Sequence record: OX638288
From: Escherichia phage UP19
Reading direction: 5' to 3' (one strand)
DNA length: 64,000 nt
In this document: in pieces, positions 35,126-43,354 of the stretch
Layout: each line of letters starts with the position of its first letter
Numbering within the stretch: position 1 is the stretch's first letter
The notes under the pieces: generated by a model
Told to the model about the DNA's origin: nothing
The model's database searches: none
What the model saw: the letters and a program-made list of their open reading frames with translations, nothing else
Made by a program: the position numbers and the translations under genes

Positions 35126-35688
35126 GTCTTTTTGATGATGACGTTGAACTGAATGAACATGAAGTTGCTTGGAAACAACGTAACGACGCTGCTATTCAAG
35201 CCTTGGCCGATTCATTTAAAGAAAAGGCTGAAAATGAATTGTTCGCCATTATGAACGATATCACGTACGGTAAAAAACAACGTAACCTGGCTCAATCAGA
35301 AAACTATAATCAATTCTGGCTCGATAATAGTTTGAGCCAGCACGTAGATTGCATTATGCAAGCTGCAATGGTTAACTGTCTTAAACTTGACGACCAAAGT
35401 CACTTCAATTATCTTTTACATGCTGTTCCTAAGGGTAAGAGATTTGGTAAATGGGCTAAGGCCCATGATGATGAAGTTAGTGTAGTTTTTATTACTCGTT
35501 TATTGATGAAATACCATTCAATTAATAATGATGACGCTTATCGTTATCTCGAGACTTATAAAATTAAAGGCCATCTTCCAGCAATGCTTAAGAAGATGAA
35601 AGGGTTGGTTACGGACGAGTTCCTGAAATCCGTAACCAAAAATGTGAAAGAACAAAAAGACTTGAAAAAGAAAGCATTGGAATGGTAA
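35116..35688 (+). CDS. 62: clamp loader small subunit gp62 (190 aa)
   Basis: matches T4 gp62 as recalled; overlaps gene 44 end. Confidence 0.9.
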   Translation: MAISLFDDDVELNEHEVAWKQRNDAAIQALADSFKEKAENELFAIMNDITYGKKQRNLAQSENYNQFWLDNSLSQHVDCIMQAAMVNCLKLDDQSHFNYLLHAVPKGKRFGKWAKAHDDEVSVVFITRLLMKYHSINNDDAYRYLETYKIKGHLPAMLKKMKGLVTDEFLKSVTKNVKEQKDLKKKALEW

Positions 35689-35694
35689 ATTAAA

Positions 35695-36057
35695 ATGATT
35701 GAAATTACTCTGAAGCAACCTGAAGACTTCCTAAAAGTGAAAGAGACCCTGACTCGTATGGGTATCGCCAATAATAAAGAAAAGAAACTATATCAGTCCT
35801 GTCACATTTTGCAAAAGCAAGGACGATATTATATTGTCCACTTTAAAGAGATGTTGCGTATGGACGGGCGCCAGGTAGATATCGATGGTGAAGACTACCA
35901 ACGTCGTGATTCTATCGCCCAGCTTCTTAAGGATTGGGGACTTATTGATATAGTAGACGATTCTGAATTGTTCGAAATTACTAATAATTTCCGTGTCATT
36001 TCCTTTAAACAGAAAAATGACTGGGAACTATTGTCTAAGTATACGATTGGTAATTAA
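35695..36057 (+). CDS. regA: translational repressor RegA (120 aa)
   Basis: MIEITLKQPEDFLKVKETLTRMGIANNKEK... matches T4 RegA as recalled. Confidence 0.92.
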   Translation: MIEITLKQPEDFLKVKETLTRMGIANNKEKKLYQSCHILQKQGRYYIVHFKEMLRMDGRQVDIDGEDYQRRDSIAQLLKDWGLIDIVDDSELFEITNNFRVISFKQKNDWELLSKYTIGN

Positions 36058-36058
36058 T

Positions 36059-36274
36059 ATGATTCTTGAAATTGAAACGTGTGAACGTCTTAAAGAGGTG
36101 TATGGGCTTTCACCAACTCAAACTGTTTTTGACCTTTCCGAAGAGCTCCAAATAGAATTTCAAAAGGACCTCCATAAGTTACTACATCCAGGTCAGCAAG
36201 TCTTCCAGGCTATGATTAAAACTAAAGACGAAGATGGCAATCCGACTATTAAACGCTTGACAATAGAAATTTAA
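36059..36274 (+). CDS. hypothetical protein (71 aa) between regA and 43
   Basis: ORF track 35993..36274 trimmed to ATG. Confidence 0.5.
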   Translation: MILEIETCERLKEVYGLSPTQTVFDLSEELQIEFQKDLHKLLHPGQQVFQAMIKTKDEDGNPTIKRLTIEI

Positions 36275-36278
36275 GCAA

Positions 36279-36298
36279 AGGGACTTCGGTCCCTTTTT
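36279..36298 (+). terminator. rho-independent terminator
   Basis: AGGGAC-TTCG-GTCCCT followed by TTTTT. Confidence 0.7.
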
Positions 36299-36326
36299 GG
36301 AGTATAATGATTCATCAACAAACAAA

Positions 36327-36350
36327 AGACAATCACTCGTCTATAAAGGA
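36327..36350 (+). promoter_or_regulatory. candidate gp43 translational operator hairpin abutting SD
   Basis: AGAC-AATCACTC-GTCT; 8-nt loop resembles the T4 gene 43 operator loop as recalled; immediately 5' of AAGGA SD. Confidence 0.45.
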
Positions 36351-36356
36351 AATGAA

Positions 36357-39068
36357 ATGCAAGAATTCTATTTGACAGTCGAACAAATCGGTGATAATAT
36401 TCTCGAACGTTACATCGATAAAAATGGTAACGAACGTAGTCGTGAAGTTCCTTACAAGCCTACAATGTTTATGCACGCTAACCCAGAGCAAGCCGTAAAA
36501 TATATTGACATCTACGGTAAGGGTTGTGTTAAGAAAGAATTCGATTCAATGCGCGATGCTTCTCAGTGGATGAAGCGCATGGACGATATGGGTCTCGAAG
36601 CCCTTGGTATGGACGACTATAAATTAGCCTATTTGTCTGATACCTATCGTAAAGAAATCAAGTATGATTCTTCCAAGATTCGTATTGCAAACTTCGACAT
36701 CGAGGTAACATCCCCTGATGGATTCCCTGAACCTGCCCAGGCTAAACATCCTATCGATGCCATTACTCACTACGACTCGATTGATGATAAATTCTATGTA
36801 TTTGACCTTTTAGTTTCACCTTATGGTACGGTCGAAGAGTGGTCGATTAAAATCGCTGAGAAACTCCAAGACGAAGGTGGCGACGAAGTTCCACAAGAAA
36901 TCATTGACAAAATCGTTTATCTTCCGTTTAATTCTGAAGAAGAAATGATGCTTGAGTATCTGAATTTCTGGCAACAGAAAACTCCTGTGATTTTGACTGG
37001 ATGGAACGTTGAATCATTTGACGTGCCATACGTTTATAACCGTCTGAAAAATCTGTTTGGTGAGAACACTGCTAAGCGATTAAGCCCACATCGTAAGACT
37101 CGTGTTAAAGTTATCGAGAATATGTACGGTGTTCGCGAAATTATTACACTGTTCGGTATCTCTGTTCTGGATTATATCGACCTTTATAAAAAATTCAGCT
37201 TTACTAACCAGCCTTCTTATTCTCTGGATTATGTTTCTGAATATGAATTGAAAGTAGGTAAGTTGAAATATGATGGTCCTATCTCCAAGTTACGTGAGAC
37301 GAACCACCAACGATATATTTCCTATAACATTATCGACGTATATCGTGTTGTGCAGATTGATATGAAACGCCAGTTCATTCTTCTTAGTCTGGACATGGGT
37401 TACTATGCCAAGATGCAGATTCAGTCGGTGTTCAGTCCAATTAAGACTTGGGACGCTATTATCTTTAATAGCCTTAAAGAACAGGGTAAAGTTATTCCTC
37501 AGGCCAAATCGCATGCGGTTCAACCTTATCCAGGTGCTTTCGTTAAGGAACCTATTCCTAACGCGTACAAATATGTAATGAGTTTCGACCTTACATCTCT
37601 GTACCCGAGTATCATTCGACAAGTGAATATAAGCCCAGAGACCATCGCAGGGACATTCGCCAACGCACCGATACATGAATATATTGCCGGAACTGCTCCG
37701 CGTCCTAGCGACACCTACAGTTGCTCTCCTAACGGCATGATGTACTATAAAGACCGTGATGGTGTGATTCCTACAGAAATCACGAAGGTGTTCTTACAGC
37801 GTAAAGAACATAAAGGTTATATGCTTGCAGCTCAACGTAATGGTGAGTTAATTAAAGAAGCATTAGAAAATCCTAATCTGTCTGTTGATAGTCCACTGGA
37901 TATCGATTATCGTTTCGACTTCTCTGACGAAATCAAAGCTCAGATTAAAAAATTGTCAGCATCTTCTTTAAAAGAAATGTTGTTCAAAGCCGAACGTACT
38001 GAAGTCGCAGGTATGACTGCTCAGATTAACCGTAAGTTGCTTATCAACTCCCTTTATGGTGCACTTGGTAACGTATGGTTCCGTTACTATGACCTCAGGA
38101 ACGCAACTGCAATCACATTGTTTGGTCAAATGGCCCTCCAATGGATTGAACGTAAGGTTAACGAATATCTGAATGGCGTGTGCAAGACTGAAAACCAGAA
38201 GTTCGTGCTCTATGGTGATACTGACTCCATTTATGTTAAGGCTGACGCAATCATCAATAAAGTAGGCGAAGACAAATTCCGTGATACTAACCACTGGGTT
38301 GACTTCTTAGATAAATTTGCACGTGAACGTATGGAACCGGCTATTGATGCAGGCTTCCGTGAGATGTGCGAATACATGAACAACAAACAGCACTTGATGT
38401 TCATGGACCGAGAAGCTATCGCTGGTCCTCCGCTTGGTTCTAAAGGTCTTGGTGGATTCTGGACAGGCAAGAAACGTTATGCACTGAACGTTTGGGACAT
38501 GGAAGGTACTCGTTATGCCGAACCACACTTGAAAATCATGGGTCTCGAAACTCAGAAATCAAGTACGCCTAAAGCGGTTCAGAAAGCACTGAAAGAATGT
38601 ATCCGTCGTATGCTTCAAGAAGGCGAGGCTTCTTTGCAAGAATATTTCAAACAGTTTAATAAGGAATTTAACGAATTAGACTATGTAAGCATTGCTGCAG
38701 TATCCAGTGCTAACAACATCGAGAAATATAATGAAGGCGGATTCCCTGGTTCTAAATGCCCGTACCACATCAAAGGTTGCTTAGCTTACATGCGTGCTTC
38801 TGCTGGTGATTTGACTATGCCTCGTATCGTTGATGGTGAAAAGGTATATGTACTGCCACTTAAAGAAGGCAACCCGTTCGGTGAAGCTTGTATGGCGTGG
38901 CCGTCAGGTATTGAACTTCCGATTCAGATTCGTGACCAAGTCCTCCGTTGGATGGACTACAACGTACTGTTCCAAAAGACCTTTATCAAACCTCTAACCG
39001 GTTTTACTGAGTCTGCTAAAATCGACTACGAGAAAAAAGCAACATTATTTGACATGTTTGACTTTTAA
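36357..39068 (+). CDS. 43: DNA polymerase gp43 (family B), 903 aa
   Basis: ORF track 36297..39068 (TTG alt start) trimmed to ATG; strong similarity to T4/RB69 gp43 as recalled, closer to RB69-type. Confidence 0.97.
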   Translation: MQEFYLTVEQIGDNILERYIDKNGNERSREVPYKPTMFMHANPEQAVKYIDIYGKGCVKKEFDSMRDASQWMKRMDDMGLEALGMDDYKLAYLSDTYRKEIKYDSSKIRIANFDIEVTSPDGFPEPAQAKHPIDAITHYDSIDDKFYVFDLLVSPYGTVEEWSIKIAEKLQDEGGDEVPQEIIDKIVYLPFNSEEEMMLEYLNFWQQKTPVILTGWNVESFDVPYVYNRLKNLFGENTAKRLSPHRKTRVKVIENMYGVREIITLFGISVLDYIDLYKKFSFTNQPSYSLDYVSEYELKVGKLKYDGPISKLRETNHQRYISYNIIDVYRVVQIDMKRQFILLSLDMGYYAKMQIQSVFSPIKTWDAIIFNSLKEQGKVIPQAKSHAVQPYPGAFVKEPIPNAYKYVMSFDLTSLYPSIIRQVNISPETIAGTFANAPIHEYIAGTAPRPSDTYSCSPNGMMYYKDRDGVIPTEITKVFLQRKEHKGYMLAAQRNGELIKEALENPNLSVDSPLDIDYRFDFSDEIKAQIKKLSASSLKEMLFKAERTEVAGMTAQINRKLLINSLYGALGNVWFRYYDLRNATAITLFGQMALQWIERKVNEYLNGVCKTENQKFVLYGDTDSIYVKADAIINKVGEDKFRDTNHWVDFLDKFARERMEPAIDAGFREMCEYMNNKQHLMFMDREAIAGPPLGSKGLGGFWTGKKRYALNVWDMEGTRYAEPHLKIMGLETQKSSTPKAVQKALKECIRRMLQEGEASLQEYFKQFNKEFNELDYVSIAAVSSANNIEKYNEGGFPGSKCPYHIKGCLAYMRASAGDLTMPRIVDGEKVYVLPLKEGNPFGEACMAWPSGIELPIQIRDQVLRWMDYNVLFQKTFIKPLTGFTESAKIDYEKKATLFDMFDF

Positions 39069-39070
39069 GT

Positions 39071-39100
39071 GTTTACATACCACATGGAACGTGGTAGTAT
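39071..39100 (+). promoter_or_regulatory. T4-type early promoter (GTTTAC 39071-39076, TAGTAT 39095-39100) with hairpin TACCAC/GTGGTA in spacer
   Basis: 18-nt spacer; hairpin 39078-39096. Confidence 0.5.
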
Positions 39101-39130
39101 CCTTCCTATCAACTACATGAGGAAATTATA

Positions 39131-39367
39131 ATGGAAGCTTTAATCGTTAGTGCTGGTGTTTTAGGATTCGGTTCTCTGGTTATTATGTTCATTGGTTACT
39201 TTTTACCATGGATTCTGGCCCTTCTGCGAGGCACTCGTAGCAATGTTGGAATCTTCTTCCTTAATCTCCTGTTAGGGTGGACGATGATTGGTTGGGTAGT
39301 GGCTTTAATCTGGGCTATCGTCGCTGAACGTAAATCAAACGCACAAATCATTATCGTTAAACAATGA
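39131..39367 (+). CDS. imm: small two-helix membrane protein, Imm-like by position (78 aa)
   Basis: position immediately downstream of gene 43; two transmembrane segments. Confidence 0.5.
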   Translation: MEALIVSAGVLGFGSLVIMFIGYFLPWILALLRGTRSNVGIFFLNLLLGWTMIGWVVALIWAIVAERKSNAQIIIVKQ

Positions 39368-39501
39368 AGATAATTATTTTATTTCTTATAATGGCTGCCT
39401 TTACCGTTTATTGGGCAGTGGCAATTCCTCCAATGATTCCAACATTAATCATGGGATGGATTATTCTTATAGCACAAATTAAGTATAACTGTTTTAATTG
39501 A
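39364..39501 (+). CDS. small hydrophobic protein (45 aa), below ORF-track cutoff
   Basis: translated by eye; ATGA overlap with imm-like stop. Confidence 0.4.
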   Translation: MKIIILFLIMAAFTVYWAVAIPPMIPTLIMGWIILIAQIKYNCFN

Positions 39502-39508
39502 GGATATT

Positions 39509-40009
39509 ATGAAAAAGTTAATTATCGCAATGAGTATGCTCCTATCAGGTTGCGCAGTCCAATACGGTGATGCAGTTTCTGCTGATGAAGTTGGTAAAGC
39601 TCGTATCGCAGCTGAACAGAAACAATTCGACGGCGAAATGAAATTCCGTGCCGGTTCTGGACTTGTGTACACCCGAGCTAATAATCAATGTGGTAATAAC
39701 TGTGCAAAATATGCTCAAGGGGAAATCGAATTCCAACGTGAACAAGAGTCTAAGCGTGAAGCGGTACTAGCCAAACACCAGGCAGAAATGAAGCGCCAAG
39801 ATGATTTGTACAAAAAGCAGAAACTGTATGCCATGTGTGTAAACCATATCAATCTACAGATTTCTGTCCACGAGGCTCGTTATTACGAAATGCTCGAAAC
39901 CGAGAGCTTCGATAAGGCTCGTGATTATAAGAAACAAATCAACAAGCTTAAGACCAAAGTGCCTGCTGCAGTAGAACAGTGCATGGAATACGGTAAAGAT
40001 AAGATTTAA
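39509..40009 (+). CDS. lipoprotein (166 aa)
   Basis: signal peptide with lipobox LSGC; charged coiled-coil-like C-terminal half. Confidence 0.6.
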   Translation: MKKLIIAMSMLLSGCAVQYGDAVSADEVGKARIAAEQKQFDGEMKFRAGSGLVYTRANNQCGNNCAKYAQGEIEFQREQESKREAVLAKHQAEMKRQDDLYKKQKLYAMCVNHINLQISVHEARYYEMLETESFDKARDYKKQINKLKTKVPAAVEQCMEYGKDKI

Positions 40010-40069
40010 GCAATAGAAATTTATTAAAAATAGTGTATAATGTACCTACATTCACTTGAGGAACAGATA

Positions 40070-41743
40070 ATGAAAAAGGTTGTTATTTTAGGCGCAGGTC
40101 TTGGCTCACGGTTGTATCCAATTACTAACGAAATCCCAAAGGTATTGGTTAACTACAAACAACATACGGTATTAAAACATTTGTATGATTTGTATAGTAA
40201 CCAATCAGATGAAATTATTCTGGTTATTCACAGCAAATTTAACGACCTCGTTAAAGGCTATATTAAATCCATTAACATGATTACTGGTGATAAGCCTAAA
40301 TTCACTATTCGTAACGTTGATGTTGCTAATGGTTCAGCTCATGCTATCGATTGCATTGCCGAAGATATCATTGGCCATAATGTCCTGTTTAACTGGTGTG
40401 ACATCATTCCTATCGGTCATAAAGTTGAATGGGGTAACGACTATTGTTATACCTATGGAACTGACTGTCGCTTTACATTTGAAGAACCGTACTTACGTGA
40501 AATTGGTACCGGTGGCGGTGTAGTTGGTTTGTATCAGGTAGCCAATTGGACAGGTTTCGACCGTTCTAATTATGGCGAAGACCTTGCTGATAACCTGGAT
40601 TCAATGGTCTATTTGACTGAACGTAAACTGGATTTTGTAGTTGATGTCGGTGACAAATTGAAACTTGCCAAGGCCCATGAAGATTCTGAAATTAACCGTG
40701 AATTTAATAAATTAGAGTTCACCGAGAATCTGGCTATTAAAGTACCAACTAACGAATTAGGTAAAGAAATTCAATCTAAAGAAATCAATTGGTATAATTC
40801 TATTGATTCTGAATTCGTTCCTAGCATTGTAGACTTTTCTCCAGGCGAATTCATTAAAATGGAACGTATCTTTGGTCGTACCATGGCAGATGCCTACCGG
40901 TTTATGTCCAAAGAAACTAAAGTCCTCATGGTTTATAAGGTCATTAGTGCATTACGTTCATTCGGTGGAACTATCGATAATCCGTCCGATGAGCAATGGT
41001 ATTCCGATGTTAAGAAAGAAGTGTTGGACAAGGTCCTTATTCGTAATGCTTCTATTGCCGGATTGATTGAAGGCTTTGCTCCACAGGGCATTACCCATGT
41101 TAACGATTTCAAAGTAGGCGACCCCGAAAAACTTCTCCGCCATGCACTAGAAATTCTGTCTGAACATAAAGAACCGTACCAACTTATTCATGGCGACCCG
41201 CACTACAGTAATATTATGCTGTCGGACGAAGGTGATATTAAAATCATCGACCCACGTGGTTATTTCGGTAATAGTTCTAAAGGCCCTGCGATTTATGATG
41301 AAGCTAAGGTGCTTTATTCTATCGATGGCTATGACAAATTTAACTCAGACCCTCTATGGGGTGGATTAACTCGTAACGGAACTCGTGTATTCGTTGATAT
41401 CGAAAAGGTTATGCCTTTAGACGATATTCCTATGTGCACATTTAAGCACAAGCTCTGGATTGCTGTTATTTGGATGGCGCTGGCAGGTTACTTTAAGAAT
41501 AACCCTCTGAAAGCTCTGGGTGCTTATTATAACGGTTTGTATCAACTGAGTGTGCTGCTGAAGCGGCATCCTCGTAAGCGTAAGCTTATTACTGGTGAAT
41601 TTGTCGATGAAGTTCGTGACCCTATCACGGCTCAAATTATTACTCGTTGTCCTGATAAGTGGGTTTTGCTTGACCAGGAAACTGGTGTAAAATATAAACC
41701 TACAGGTTCTACTGAGCTCCACAAACAATGGAAGAAAATTTAA
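40070..41743 (+). CDS. bifunctional nucleotidyltransferase/kinase-like protein (557 aa)
   Basis: ORF track 40040..41743 trimmed; N-terminal ILGAGLGSRLYPITNEIPKVLV; C-terminal HGDPHYSNIM and IIDPRG. Confidence 0.75.
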   Translation: MKKVVILGAGLGSRLYPITNEIPKVLVNYKQHTVLKHLYDLYSNQSDEIILVIHSKFNDLVKGYIKSINMITGDKPKFTIRNVDVANGSAHAIDCIAEDIIGHNVLFNWCDIIPIGHKVEWGNDYCYTYGTDCRFTFEEPYLREIGTGGGVVGLYQVANWTGFDRSNYGEDLADNLDSMVYLTERKLDFVVDVGDKLKLAKAHEDSEINREFNKLEFTENLAIKVPTNELGKEIQSKEINWYNSIDSEFVPSIVDFSPGEFIKMERIFGRTMADAYRFMSKETKVLMVYKVISALRSFGGTIDNPSDEQWYSDVKKEVLDKVLIRNASIAGLIEGFAPQGITHVNDFKVGDPEKLLRHALEILSEHKEPYQLIHGDPHYSNIMLSDEGDIKIIDPRGYFGNSSKGPAIYDEAKVLYSIDGYDKFNSDPLWGGLTRNGTRVFVDIEKVMPLDDIPMCTFKHKLWIAVIWMALAGYFKNNPLKALGAYYNGLYQLSVLLKRHPRKRKLITGEFVDEVRDPITAQIITRCPDKWVLLDQETGVKYKPTGSTELHKQWKKI

Positions 41744-42126
41744 TGTCGCATCGAGTAGAAAATAAGCCACATTTATGTTTTGATATCGATAACACAATCA
41801 CGATTTGGAACCATGACCGTGATTATGAGAACTTTAAACCGGACACCGAAATGGTGTCCATGATTAATAAGCTTTATGATGAAGGGTACGAGATTACATT
41901 ATTCACTGCCCGTGGCATGACTTCATGTGGCCCAGGTCGAATCTTGGTTGAAGTAGTTCCTGCATTGGTTAAGAACCTTGAAAAGATTGGATTGAAATAT
42001 CATAATCTGCTTACGCATAAGCCGAGTTATACTTTTATCATCGATGACCGAGCAATCCGTCCTGACCACTTTAAAGAAATGGTTCGTGAAGGAACTCTTG
42101 ATAGTTATAAGGCCTATCATCCATGA
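41743..42126 (+). CDS. HAD-superfamily phosphatase-like protein (127 aa)
   Basis: ORF track 41728..42126 trimmed to TAATG-overlap ATG; HAD motif I FDIDNTIT. Confidence 0.65.
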   Translation: MSHRVENKPHLCFDIDNTITIWNHDRDYENFKPDTEMVSMINKLYDEGYEITLFTARGMTSCGPGRILVEVVPALVKNLEKIGLKYHNLLTHKPSYTFIIDDRAIRPDHFKEMVREGTLDSYKAYHP

Positions 42127-42659
42127 ATCCAAAAATCATTGTTATAGACGGCCCGGATAATTCCGGGAAGTCCACTTTAATTAAAAATCTGTTATCCAAT
42201 AAGAAATACCGCCTTATTGATTTTCCTAAAAAGATTAATGGCAAGTGTATTTCATTAGGAACTGATAACGATAAGGCTTTAGTTGAAACTCTGTATAAGT
42301 TTTTAGACCCTAATTTCGTTTATATCCTTGACCGTGGTTATCCAAGTAATATTGTTTACTCAGGATTCCTTCGTGGTGAAATGGACCCTTATGTAGAACT
42401 GGAAGATTGGAAAGGGTTTAAATCCGAATTTAACGTTATCGAGGTTATTTTAACTCGCAATCCATTAGACGAAGACTTCGAAGACGACCTTATTAAATTA
42501 ACCAAAGATGAGTTCAACCTAACTATCCGGCAATACGAAACATGTTTTGAAAACGTGTTTAAAATCTTAAATCATGACGGCCATAATAATTTGCTTAATG
42601 TTGATATGGTAGAATTAAAACGTCTGAACGAATATATTGAAAATAAGGTGAATAAATGA
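42123..42659 (+). CDS. P-loop (d)NMP-kinase-like protein (178 aa)
   Basis: Walker A IVIDGPDNSGKST resembles thymidylate/deoxynucleotide kinase family. Confidence 0.65.
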   Translation: MNPKIIVIDGPDNSGKSTLIKNLLSNKKYRLIDFPKKINGKCISLGTDNDKALVETLYKFLDPNFVYILDRGYPSNIVYSGFLRGEMDPYVELEDWKGFKSEFNVIEVILTRNPLDEDFEDDLIKLTKDEFNLTIRQYETCFENVFKILNHDGHNNLLNVDMVELKRLNEYIENKVNK

Positions 42660-43354
42660 AACACATTACCGCTGTTAGTTTTGAAAATGCATTTAAACAA
42701 ATGAACGAAGAAATCCTGGAAGCTCCACAGTTTGCAGTTGATTCTCGTATCGGACGTTGTTATGAAATTGGTTCTGCTTCGGTAGAAGTACTGGATGCAA
42801 GCACCTATAAATTCACCGACCCACGTATCAATCGTATTAGTTATGAATATGCCGAATCCTTTTGGAAATTTATGATTTCTGGTGGTACTGACGCTGCCGA
42901 AGCATTTAAGGAATACCCTAATGTTGCTAAGTTCATTGATAAGCCGAAAAGTGATGTATTGCCTGCAAACTTCAACACTTTCTATGGACCTCGAATTGTG
43001 GCCCAACTCCCAGCCCTACTTAAAGAGCTTAAAGAAAAGGCTAACTCGCGAAGAGTTGTGTTCCAGATTCTCCAAGAACAAGACCAAGCCCTCCTTGATT
43101 CTGACGAATCCTTAGAATATCCTTGCACCGATTCGGTAACGTATTATATTCGTGACGGACGTTTGTATGCACACACCCATATGCGTTCACAAAACTGCGC
43201 CGTTGTTATGCAGCTGGATTTCTATCTGCAGGGTAAACTGATGGCATTTATTGCTGAACAGTGTGGTGTCGGTTTAGGTACATATTCCCACACCATGGTA
43301 AGTGCACACGTGTTTGAACGTGATTTTGACTACGTCCGAGGTTTCCTGAAATGA
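42656..43354 (+). CDS. 42: thymidylate-synthase-fold pyrimidine hydroxymethylase (gene 42 position), divergent from T4 gp42 (232 aa)
   Basis: NSRRVVFQI, EYPCTDSVTYYIRDGRLYAHTHMRSQNCA and SAHVFERDF align with T4 gp42 motifs as recalled. Confidence 0.7.
   Translation: MKHITAVSFENAFKQMNEEILEAPQFAVDSRIGRCYEIGSASVEVLDASTYKFTDPRINRISYEYAESFWKFMISGGTDAAEAFKEYPNVAKFIDKPKSDVLPANFNTFYGPRIVAQLPALLKELKEKANSRRVVFQILQEQDQALLDSDESLEYPCTDSVTYYIRDGRLYAHTHMRSQNCAVVMQLDFYLQGKLMAFIAEQCGVGLGTYSHTMVSAHVFERDFDYVRGFLK

Noticed and set aside
36297-36356. Upstream TTG start for DNA polymerase from the ORF track
   Set aside because: T4/RB69 gp43 begin MKEFY; the ATG at 36357 (MQEFY) has a proper SD and follows the operator hairpin. 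The TTG extension would run through the terminator.
42572-43006. 144-aa minus-strand ORF
   Set aside because: Antisense to the P-loop kinase and hydroxymethylase genes; shadow ORF.
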